Source of the DNA: Candidatus Saccharimonadota bacterium
Lineage (GTDB): Bacteria > Patescibacteriota > Microgenomatia > UBA1406 > GWC2-37-13
Reading direction: 5' to 3'
Assembly (NCBI GenBank): GCA_016700135.1
Contig: CP065004.1
Span: 300,001 to 332,000 of the forward strand
Length of the DNA stretch: 32,000 nt
The notes under the pieces: model-generated
Told to the model about the DNA's origin: nothing
Databases searched by the model: none
The model's input: the letters and a program-made list of their open reading frames with translations, nothing else
Shown: positions 7,293-14,572 of the stretch, piece after piece
How the letters are laid out: every line of letters starts with the position of its first letter
Numbering within the stretch: the stretch's first letter is position 1
Translations under genes and position numbers: made by a program

Positions 7293-7880
7293 ATGATCTC
7301 TGAAAAACGTGCTCAAATTATGAAAAATGTCGTTTCAAAACGACAGAAGGGAATTACCGTTGTGTTAGAAGACCTGCATGATCCTCACAATGCGGCGGCC
7401 GTTCTCAGGTCCTGTGAAGGATTCGGGGTACAGGAGGTGTACTTCATTTTTGAAAATCAGGAAGAGTTTAATCCCCGGAAAATCGGGAAATTATCCTCAG
7501 GATCTGCGAACAAATGGCTGGATTTCCGTATGTATCATTCAACTGAGGAATGTATTACTGAGCTTCACAAAAAGGGGTATACAGTATATGCAACAACTCT
7601 TGATGATAAGGCAAAATCCCTGTATGAGGCAGATCTTCGGGAAGAAAAGATAGCGCTTCTTTTCGGCAATGAACACAGCGGGATTTCTGAAAAAGCTTCG
7701 GAGCTTTCTGACTATACGATGTATATTCCGATGCGCGGCTTTGTACAAAGTTTCAATGTATCGGTAACCGTCAGCATCTTTCTGTTTGAATTGACAAGAC
7801 AACGAATCAGTGACAAAAGACTCCAACCGCTCGATAGTAATATCCGGCAGAAACTTCTCGAAGATTTCCTCAAACGGTAA
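7293..7880 (+). CDS. SpoU/TrmH-family RNA 2'-O-methyltransferase
   Basis: HDPHNAAAVLRSCEGFGV, LLFGNEHSGIS and IPMRGFVQSFNVSV match the three SPOUT (TrmH) motifs. Confidence 0.85.
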   Translation: MISEKRAQIMKNVVSKRQKGITVVLEDLHDPHNAAAVLRSCEGFGVQEVYFIFENQEEFNPRKIGKLSSGSANKWLDFRMYHSTEECITELHKKGYTVYATTLDDKAKSLYEADLREEKIALLFGNEHSGISEKASELSDYTMYIPMRGFVQSFNVSVTVSIFLFELTRQRISDKRLQPLDSNIRQKLLEDFLKR

Positions 7881-7885
7881 GATTC

Positions 7886-7914
7886 TTGCATTTCTTTTCC
7901 CGTTATCGTACAAT
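7886..7914 (+). promoter_or_regulatory. sigma-70 promoter of the Fur-family gene
   Basis: TTGCAT (7886-7891), a 17-nt spacer, then TACAAT (7909-7914). The inverted repeat TGCAA-N5-TTGCA (7914-7928) overlaps the -10/+1 region. Confidence 0.6.
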
Positions 7915-7935
7915 GCAACTATATTGCAATAACTT

Positions 7936-8349
7936 ATGAAAAACGACAATATTGAACAATTAAAGGACAAAGGTCATCGTATCACACAGGCAAGAAGTGC
8001 TGTTATAGAACTTTTGGAGAATACGGATCGTCCGACTTCAGCAAAAGCTCTTCACACAATGCTTGAACGAATAGGAATCCATGTGAATGTGACGACTGTA
8101 TACCGTGAACTTGACTTCCTTCTTGCAGAAAATATTATCGAAAAAGTACCTTTGAAAGATACGGAACTGCATTATGAAATGAAAGGACGACCGCATCACC
8201 ATCATCTTCTTTGTACAGCGTGCGGAAATATTGAGGATATCTCGTTGGAATCAGAACATGTTCTTTTGGAGGAAGCACATACCGTTTCTTCCTACCAAAT
8301 AAACAGACACTCGCTTGCATTCTACGGCAAATGCCCGAAATGCCAGTAA
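7936..8349 (+). CDS. Fur-family metalloregulator (Fur/Zur/PerR not distinguishable)
   Basis: A winged-helix N-terminus (ITQARSAVIELL...TVYRELDFL), an HHHH stretch, and CTAC plus CPKC zinc-site cysteine pairs. Confidence 0.85.
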   Translation: MKNDNIEQLKDKGHRITQARSAVIELLENTDRPTSAKALHTMLERIGIHVNVTTVYRELDFLLAENIIEKVPLKDTELHYEMKGRPHHHHLLCTACGNIEDISLESEHVLLEEAHTVSSYQINRHSLAFYGKCPKCQ

Positions 8350-8919
8350 TTATTGGCCGAGAAGCTGATCAATACGGGCTGTGTCGTATCCTACCACCAC
8401 TTCATTATCAATCCAGAGCTGAGGGACACCCATTTGTCCTGATTTTTGAACCATCTGCATCGCCGCCTCCCGATCTTTTGAGACATCAACATCTTCATAC
8501 GCAATATCTTTCTGATCAAGATATGCTTTGACCATGTGGCAATACGGACAAGTCGGGGTAGAGAAGACTTTTACCGATTGAGGACCTTCCTTCTTTTTTC
8601 CCTCAATAATTCCCGTAATAATTTCCCGAAACTCCTCTACTGTTTTTACACCCATATAGAGTCCCTTCATGGCGCCGTCTTTGAAGAAAATGACCGTCGG
8701 TAATCCCGCGATCCGATAATACGATGTAAAGCTCGGATTGGAATCCAGATCAACGCTTACGAAAGTGAGATCTTTTCCTTTATATTCCTCTTCAAGCTTT
8801 TCAATGACCGGACTGAGATGCTTGCAGGGTTCGCACCATTCTGTCTGAATAATGACACCGACCGTGCCTTTTTTTTCGACGACTTCTTTTTTAAAATCAG
8901 ATTGGGATATGTTTTTCAT
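8350..8919 (-). CDS. thioredoxin-glutaredoxin(NrdH-like) fusion protein
   Basis: The N-terminal Trx fold has the active site WCEPC and a cis-Pro in GLPTV. The C-terminal Grx/NrdH-like fold has CPYC and GVPQL. The start overlaps the PadR stop (ATGA). Confidence 0.8.
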   Translation of the reverse strand: MKNISQSDFKKEVVEKKGTVGVIIQTEWCEPCKHLSPVIEKLEEEYKGKDLTFVSVDLDSNPSFTSYYRIAGLPTVIFFKDGAMKGLYMGVKTVEEFREIITGIIEGKKKEGPQSVKVFSTPTCPYCHMVKAYLDQKDIAYEDVDVSKDREAAMQMVQKSGQMGVPQLWIDNEVVVGYDTARIDQLLGQ

Positions 8920-9254
8920 GTTTCAATACAACTGGTAATAAGTGTATTTACGATTTTCTTCTGTCGCTGTAAATCCTTTACCCATTCCTTAAGCAACTTC
9001 TCTCCGTCAGGAGTGATCCGATAAACGACCCGTTCCGGTCCGCTCTCGCCGGGTTCTTTTGTTTTTGTTACACATTTTTCTTTGTGCAATTTTGATAGGC
9101 ATCTATAGATATTGCTGATATTTGCATTGCAACTCAGTTGCATTTCGATATGCTGCTGTATTTTATAACCGTAATTCGGACCTTGTGAAAGGAGGTATAA
9201 AATACAGGGTTCATAGTAATTTTCGATCACTATTCTCGGAAAGTTTTTTCTCAT
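8916..9254 (-). CDS. PadR-family transcriptional regulator
   Basis: ILYLLSQGPNYGYKIQQHIE ... RVVYRITPDGEKLLKEW is the typical PadR winged-helix pattern. Confidence 0.85.
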   Translation of the reverse strand: MRKNFPRIVIENYYEPCILYLLSQGPNYGYKIQQHIEMQLSCNANISNIYRCLSKLHKEKCVTKTKEPGESGPERVVYRITPDGEKLLKEWVKDLQRQKKIVNTLITSCIET

Positions 9255-9355
9255 AGACTATATGCAAGTCTAATATAGTCAAATAAAAAAGTCAACCTCT
9301 CCTCTATCGGATTAGAAAAGTGCGTTCAAACGATATAGACGAAGATTTCCGTTCT

Positions 9356-10267
9356 CTATCCCCTCTCCCCTTCCTCTTTCAAAAGAAGCGTATTCTTATC
9401 TTTTTTGATTATCATAAAAAGCACCAGGTTCATTACAGCAAGAACTATAAAACCTGACAATCCTAATGATCCCACCAACAAAGTGTTCCCTCCTCGTGTC
9501 ACAAGTATGGCAAGTCCGGCACTGGCATTGATCCCTCCGTGAAGGATTGAAGCTGCAATTACCGATCCCGATTTCTGACGGATATACGTAAAAATAGGTG
9601 AATAAAGCAACGTAAAAACGGTCATCAACAAAACTCCGAATACCGGAGAATCAGGATAATTGTACCCCTGAAGAATGATCGGCGCATGCCACAATCCCCA
9701 GACAACTCCCGTAAAAATTGACGTGTACCAGAAACCGTATTTTTTCAGCTCGTTGTAAAGATAGCTTCTCCAACCAAGCTCTTCACCGAAGGCTGCGATT
9801 GCATTTACCGTCACGGCAGCCACTAACCCTTGAATAATTGCCAGCCAGAACGGATGAATAGGAGAAGAGGCAATCTGCTCCTTCATTTTTGCTAAATCAG
9901 AAGGAGATAATATCGAAGCGTATTTCTCAATCATACCTTCCATGCCGGGTGAAAAAGAGACTGCGGGCAAAAGCAAACTTACCCCCATCCCGGCTATTGA
10001 AACAATAAACGGAAGAAGAAGTGCTGCAGCAAAATATTTGTTCGGTTTGAAAAAAATGTGAAGCGGTTTTTTGAGCGGCTTCTTATAAACAAATTTCTGA
10101 AGAATCACAGCGGAGACCATCGGCATAAACATATAGGAAATAAGCATGAGAAGAGCGCCCCGATGGGTAAGCCTCCCACCGGTCAGATAATACATCCCTG
10201 CCAATCCCCAACTCAATCCGAATGACAGCAAAATGTACTGTTTTACCTGTTTTGATAACGGTTGCAT
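9356..10267 (-). CDS. CPBP-family intramembrane glutamic endopeptidase (CAAX protease/Abi)
   Basis: FGEELGWRSYL (EExxxR), LWHAPI (FxxxH-type) and ILHGGINA (HxxxN) are all present. The start is set at MQPLSK (ATG 10267), 6 nt downstream of TGtTACAAT. The longer ORF-track start would overlap the divergent gene. Confidence 0.8.
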   Translation of the reverse strand: MQPLSKQVKQYILLSFGLSWGLAGMYYLTGGRLTHRGALLMLISYMFMPMVSAVILQKFVYKKPLKKPLHIFFKPNKYFAAALLLPFIVSIAGMGVSLLLPAVSFSPGMEGMIEKYASILSPSDLAKMKEQIASSPIHPFWLAIIQGLVAAVTVNAIAAFGEELGWRSYLYNELKKYGFWYTSIFTGVVWGLWHAPIILQGYNYPDSPVFGVLLMTVFTLLYSPIFTYIRQKSGSVIAASILHGGINASAGLAILVTRGGNTLLVGSLGLSGFIVLAVMNLVLFMIIKKDKNTLLLKEEGERG

Positions 10268-10273
10268 ACTCTC

Positions 10274-10282
10274 ATTGTAACA
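10274..10282 (-). promoter_or_regulatory. extended -10 (TGtTACAAT) 6 nt before ATG 10267; leaderless-type promoter
   Basis: The reverse strand reads ggTGtTACAATgagagtATG. Confidence 0.5.
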
Positions 10283-10296
10283 CCGCTCAAGAATCA

Positions 10297-10304
10297 TGCA
10301 TAAT
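10297..10304 (+). promoter_or_regulatory. -10 element (TG-CATAAT) 6 nt before ATG 10311; leaderless-type promoter
   Basis: The sequence reads aTGCATAATaaaggtATG. It sits back-to-back with the 10274..10282 element inside a 43-bp divergent intergenic region. Confidence 0.45.
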
Positions 10305-10310
10305 AAAGGT

Positions 10311-10841
10311 ATGTCTTTTTTCTTTATTACATTGGTCATTGCTCTTAAATTTGTTGTCCCTGCACTGATGTTGTACTTCCCCTTTGCCTCACTTTGGGCT
10401 AACTATATATTGGATGTAGTTGACGGTGACATTCTGCAGTATCTCGGGATGAGTGATATGAATTATCAGACGGTCGACAAAACGGCTGATTATGTATCTT
10501 ATATTTTCATGCTGCTTCTGGGTATGCGCTGGCGGATCAAAAAAACTGTCATTGCACTTTTTATATATAGAACTATCGGTCAGATTTTATTTTTTCTAAC
10601 ACGAAATGAACTCTTTTTCTTCTATTTCCAGAATTTTCTGGAACCTTTAATGATGATTTATGCGTTGATTTTGCTTTTCCAAAAAGATGAATCAAAGGCT
10701 TACCGGGTCTACAAGAAATATTTCTTCCTGATTTGGGCAATTATTATCGCGTACAAAGTCTGGAATGAATGGTACCTGCATTTTGCGAATATTGACCTCT
10801 CAACAATGTTTTTCGGGATTGACGGAGCAAATATTCGGTAG
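10311..10841 (+). CDS. hypothetical polytopic membrane protein
   Basis: 176-aa hydrophobic ORF starting MSFFFITLVIALKF. I recognise no motif. Confidence 0.6.
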   Translation: MSFFFITLVIALKFVVPALMLYFPFASLWANYILDVVDGDILQYLGMSDMNYQTVDKTADYVSYIFMLLLGMRWRIKKTVIALFIYRTIGQILFFLTRNELFFFYFQNFLEPLMMIYALILLFQKDESKAYRVYKKYFFLIWAIIIAYKVWNEWYLHFANIDLSTMFFGIDGANIR

Positions 10842-10928
10842 CACTGTCATCCCGAATTTATTTCAGGTTCTTGCGTAATTAATATGCAAGACTTTTCCGA
10901 TATATTCTGATATACTTGTCCTTTCCCT

Positions 10929-12758
10929 ATGAACATCCGAAATATTGCCATTATCGCTCACGTGGACCACGGTAAAACAACCCTGGTTGACGCTATGCTC
11001 AAACAAGCTCATATCTTTCGTGACAATCAGAAAGAAATGCAGGAGGAACTTTTGATGGATTCAAACGACCTTGAGCGTGAAAAAGGTATCACTATTTTGG
11101 CTAAAAATACTGCAATTGATTACAAGGGAGAACGTATCAATATCATCGATACACCGGGCCACGCTGATTTCGGAAGTGAAGTTGAGCGGGTTCTTAATAT
11201 GGCAAGCGGAGCACTGCTTCTCGTCGATGCAGCGGAAGGTCCGCTTCCGCAAACCAGATTTGTTCTGAAAAAAGCACTGGAAGCCAAACTCAGAGTCATT
11301 CTTTTCATCAATAAAATCGATAAAAAGGATGCCCGCGCTATTGAAATTCAGCGTGAAGTAGAAAATCTCTTTTTGGATTTAGCTGATGATGAATCGGCGC
11401 TTAATTTCACAACTCTTTACGGTGTAGGCCGTGACGGAAAAGCATTCAAAGAACTTCCGTCAAACTATACATCTGATCTTCCCGGAGACCTTTCTCCCCT
11501 TCTTGATACCATCGCAGAAGAAATTCCGAACACAAATATTAATGAAGATCAGCCTTTCCAGATGCTGATATCGACCGTTGATCATGATCCGTATGTCGGA
11601 CGTATCTGTATCGGAAAAGTAACAAGAGGGACACTCTCAAAAGGACAAAGAATTTCACTTGTTGATGACGGAGAGATTATAGGGACATATACCGCCACCA
11701 AACTTTTTACCAGTAAAGGATTAGGCAGAATTGAAACCGATAAAATTATCTCAGGTGATATTGCCGCTTTAGCCGGTATTCCTGAGCTTACCATCGGACA
11801 GACAGTGACGAATCCGGAGCATCCTGAACATTTGCCGAAAATCAAAGTAGAAGAACCGACTATTAAAATCAAAATCGGTCCGAACACCAGTCCTTTTGCA
11901 GGCCGTGAAGGCGATTTTGTAACTTCCCGTCAGATAAGAGCAAGGCTGTATAAAGAACTGGAAACAGATCTCGGACTACGTGTTGAAGACGATCAGGAGA
12001 CTACCTCATTTATCGTCTCAGGACGGGGTGAACTTCACCTTGCCGTGCTTATTGAAACCATGCGCCGTGAAGGTTACGAGATGGAAGTTTCAAAACCGCA
12101 GGTCATTTATAAAAAAATTGACGGCGTGCAATGTGAGCCGTATGAAGAACTGACTATTGATGTCAATAAAGATTATATGGGTGCGGTCACCGATGAACTG
12201 GGAAAAAGAAAAGCAAAAATGATGAACATGACTCCCCAAGGGGATACTGCAATTCGCCTGATTTATAAAATCTCAAGTAGAAACCTTATCGGTATTCGTA
12301 GTAATCTACTGACCAACACCCGCGGAACTGCAGTCATGCATACATACCTTCTCGGTTATGAACCCCTGGGAACAGATATGGAAAACATCAGACGAGGCGC
12401 ACTGATATCGACACAAGGCGGGGAGACGCTCACCTACGGACTTGCCAATGCTCAGATTAGAGGTGTCATGTTTTATGGACCCGGAGTAAATGTCTACGAA
12501 GGAATGGTGGTCGGACTGGCTTCTCAAGAACGGGATATTGAGGTCAATGTCTGCAAAGCAAAACAGCTTACAAACAATCGATCATCCGGTGAAGGAGTTA
12601 AAGTAATCCTTGAGCCTCCTACAACACTTTCACTGGAACAGTATCTTGATATCATCGGTGATGACGAACTTCTCGAAGTCACGCCGAAGAATCTGAGGCT
12701 GAGAAAAAAATACCTCACCATCGCTGACCGTCGCGTGGCAAAAAGAAACGAGTCATAA
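10929..12758 (+). CDS. typA: translational GTPase TypA/BipA
   Basis: AIIAHVDHGKTTLVD (G1), DTPGHADF (G3) and NKID (G4). The 609-aa length and overall pattern are characteristic of BipA. Confidence 0.95.
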   Translation: MNIRNIAIIAHVDHGKTTLVDAMLKQAHIFRDNQKEMQEELLMDSNDLEREKGITILAKNTAIDYKGERINIIDTPGHADFGSEVERVLNMASGALLLVDAAEGPLPQTRFVLKKALEAKLRVILFINKIDKKDARAIEIQREVENLFLDLADDESALNFTTLYGVGRDGKAFKELPSNYTSDLPGDLSPLLDTIAEEIPNTNINEDQPFQMLISTVDHDPYVGRICIGKVTRGTLSKGQRISLVDDGEIIGTYTATKLFTSKGLGRIETDKIISGDIAALAGIPELTIGQTVTNPEHPEHLPKIKVEEPTIKIKIGPNTSPFAGREGDFVTSRQIRARLYKELETDLGLRVEDDQETTSFIVSGRGELHLAVLIETMRREGYEMEVSKPQVIYKKIDGVQCEPYEELTIDVNKDYMGAVTDELGKRKAKMMNMTPQGDTAIRLIYKISSRNLIGIRSNLLTNTRGTAVMHTYLLGYEPLGTDMENIRRGALISTQGGETLTYGLANAQIRGVMFYGPGVNVYEGMVVGLASQERDIEVNVCKAKQLTNNRSSGEGVKVILEPPTTLSLEQYLDIIGDDELLEVTPKNLRLRKKYLTIADRRVAKRNES

Positions 12759-12991
12759 TATCTCTGCTTTCTTAAACATAATTCTCTTTTTGCCTGCTCT
12801 CCCTTATCATAAGCAGTATCATATTGATTTACATATCGAATATGATGTAATATTATAGGTTTTTATTAACCCGGGAATTTGCTTCCTGTGGTTTGTGAAA
12901 TCTATAGCACTTTAATAATGAGGGAAGGTTAATAATAATAAAAGCACTTGTCTAGTGCCCTAGTAACATTTTATATTATAAGATGTTATTC

Positions 12992-13023
12992 GAGCACTAG
13001 ATGTATGAGTGCTCTTTTTATTT
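12992..13023 (+). terminator. orphan intrinsic terminator in an AT-rich intergenic region
   Basis: GAGCACT (12992-12998) pairs with AGTGCTC (13008-13014) across a 9-nt loop, followed by TTTTTATTT. It lies 234 nt downstream of the typA stop. Confidence 0.55.
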
Positions 13024-13219
13024 GCAATCCAACAACTACAAAAAAAGAAAGGAGAATGCCTGACATTCAACTACGTTGTACAGGTGAAGCAGAAACCTGG
13101 AAGAGATCTTCGGATCGAATCGAATCTAAAGGAGTAATCCTGAGGAACTGCCGGTGAGAGCTCAATGTTCAAACCGCAATCACTATCCAAGACGTAGTAC
13201 TTTCAATGGAGGCAATCTC

Positions 13220-13735
13220 ATGTTTAGCAGCATTCCTGATCTGTTCAACCGCCGCAATGGCGACAAGTCCAAGAGTGTCGATCCCAATGCTATCCAGGTG
13301 ACGATCGAGGAGACCTACAGCATCCCGGTCGCGGCAGACCGCGAGATCGTGCAGACCGCCGTCCGCGAAACCTTGGAGCAGGTTCTGCCTGCCCTCCTGG
13401 CATCGCAGCGCCGCTCGCCGTATGATCGCTCTCCCTTTGAGTCCCCGTTCCGCAGCCGCCGCTCACCGTTTAGCTCGCCCTTTGGCGACGAAAACGACGA
13501 AGACGGCACAGACGCACTCGCCGCAATCATGGCCATGGCCATGATGGCCCTGCAGTCCGAGGAGAACGGTGAGCGCGACTGCGCGTACGGCGAAGACGAC
13601 TGCATGATCGGTCACGCCATGCGGACTCTGAACCTCTACGTGGAGGACGAGGAGTACCGGCGCTGGGCCGAAGAGGATGAAGGCGACGAAGAAGACATGC
13701 TCGCTGAAGAGGCAGCCGAGCAGGCTGCCGACTAG
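13220..13735 (+). CDS. acidic SPF-repeat protein of unknown function, encoded on a GC-rich island
   Basis: GGAGG (13208-13212) lies 7 nt before ATG 13220. Codon third positions are strongly G/C in this frame. The 171-aa product contains RSPYDRSPFESPFRSRRSPFSSPF and an acidic tail, EEDEGDEEDMLAEEAAEQAAD. Confidence 0.7.
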   Translation: MFSSIPDLFNRRNGDKSKSVDPNAIQVTIEETYSIPVAADREIVQTAVRETLEQVLPALLASQRRSPYDRSPFESPFRSRRSPFSSPFGDENDEDGTDALAAIMAMAMMALQSEENGERDCAYGEDDCMIGHAMRTLNLYVEDEEYRRWAEEDEGDEEDMLAEEAAEQAAD

Positions 13736-13785
13736 ACTGTCTGAGCTTCCGCTTTGAACAAAGCCCTTTCTGACCGTAGTTTGTT

Positions 13786-13810
13786 GGAGGGGGCACTCCG
13801 TGCCCCCTCC
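13786..13810 (+). terminator. perfect GC-rich hairpin downstream of the island gene (no U tract)
   Basis: GGAGGGGGCAC, a tcc loop, then GTGCCCCCTCC. It has no T-run, so terminator function is uncertain. Confidence 0.35.
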
Positions 13811-13850
13811 GACGCTTTGCGCCTTCCCTCATTCTTTCCTTTTAACAGAT

Positions 13851-14393
13851 ATGTCACTTACAGAATTACGCCCTCATTTCCCCGGATATATCGATGTCGC
13901 ACCGACCTGTCAGGATACCGAATGGCGCTGGTTGGAATATTTTCATTATGCAAACGGAGAGCCGCTCCAGACAAAAATGATTCAGGTAGTTAGCGCTCAT
14001 GATCCTCATCAATTTTGGACAACTACGGCCGTCATGAAAGAAAAACAGGGAGATAAACTTCTGGGATCAAAGACACACTTGTGTCTGACGGGAGAAATTG
14101 CAGGATTTGTAGCCGCAAATACACTGTCTCATGCCGAGCGGTTACGGTCTTATTACAAGCTTGCTAACAATCACTTCATGTTTTTCGGAGGAGTTCTGAT
14201 GAGACCTTTGATGGTATCTCCTCTTCCCCGAATGGGCTTTGATGAGATAAAAAATACATACTATAATCCGGATAATTCTGATTGGTATCTTGTACACCTA
14301 TTTGATTTGATTTCTCAAAAAAATATTCCTGTTGACCGGGAACGGTTTATAGCAAACGTCACAGCATTCTCACACTCCATCGGAGTCATCTAA
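13851..14393 (+). CDS. hypothetical protein (180 aa)
   Basis: The ORF from MSLTELRPHF has native-like composition and no recognisable motif. The ORF-track start at 13800 lies inside the hairpin and is rejected. Confidence 0.55.
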   Translation: MSLTELRPHFPGYIDVAPTCQDTEWRWLEYFHYANGEPLQTKMIQVVSAHDPHQFWTTTAVMKEKQGDKLLGSKTHLCLTGEIAGFVAANTLSHAERLRSYYKLANNHFMFFGGVLMRPLMVSPLPRMGFDEIKNTYYNPDNSDWYLVHLFDLISQKNIPVDRERFIANVTAFSHSIGVI

Positions 14394-14461
14394 GATCTTC
14401 CCTTGCACACTTCTCTCTTCTTTTTTATAATAGAGTACTTGTCAATTCAGATTGTCAAAAT

Positions 14462-14564
14462 AATGTTTTTCGAATAAAGGGAGTCTTTCATCTGAGGTTC
14501 CGCTCCCGGCCTCGTCATAACAGCTATCAGTTTAACCGCGACCTGACTTTCCGGTCGTTTTTTT
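14462..14564 (+). promoter_or_regulatory. candidate cis-regulatory leader RNA (pseudoknot plus intrinsic terminator), copy B
   Basis: GGGAG 14479-14483 pairs with CTCCC 14503-14507. GAGG 14494-14497 pairs with CCTC 14510-14513. The terminator is CGACC 14539-14543, a 9-nt loop, GGTCG 14553-14557 and T7 at 14558-14564, ending 8 nt before ATG 14573. Confidence 0.6.
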
Positions 14565-14572
14565 GTGCCATC

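Noticed and set aside
13100-13130. GATCTTCGGATCGAATCGAATC, which superficially resembles a tRNA T-arm (TTCGAATC) or att-site remnant next to the GC island
   Set aside because: No acceptor, D or anticodon arms can be drawn around it. It is only a short UUCG hairpin plus a TCGAA tandem duplication. No tRNA, rRNA or tmRNA gene was found in any intergenic region.
12948-13157. 69-aa + strand ORF (TTG start), plus a shorter ATG ORF at 13056 preceded by AAGGAGA
   Set aside because: The 69-aa ORF spans the orphan terminator hairpin in AT-rich DNA and has an implausible composition. The GGAGA of the shorter ORF abuts the ATG with no spacer.
13166-13760. 7-bp inverted match (GTTCAAA ... TTTGAAC, each preceded by GAGCT) flanking the GC-rich gene, considered as possible element ends
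   Set aside because: The match is too short and imperfect to distinguish from chance. There is no target duplication and no recombinase gene.
13315-13832. Minus-strand ORFs of 96 aa and 101 aa, rich in Arg, Ser and Pro, inside the GC-rich island
   Set aside because: Long open frames on the opposite strand are expected in GC-rich DNA. The G/C third-position bias and the GGAGG-N7-ATG site support only the + frame (13220..13735).
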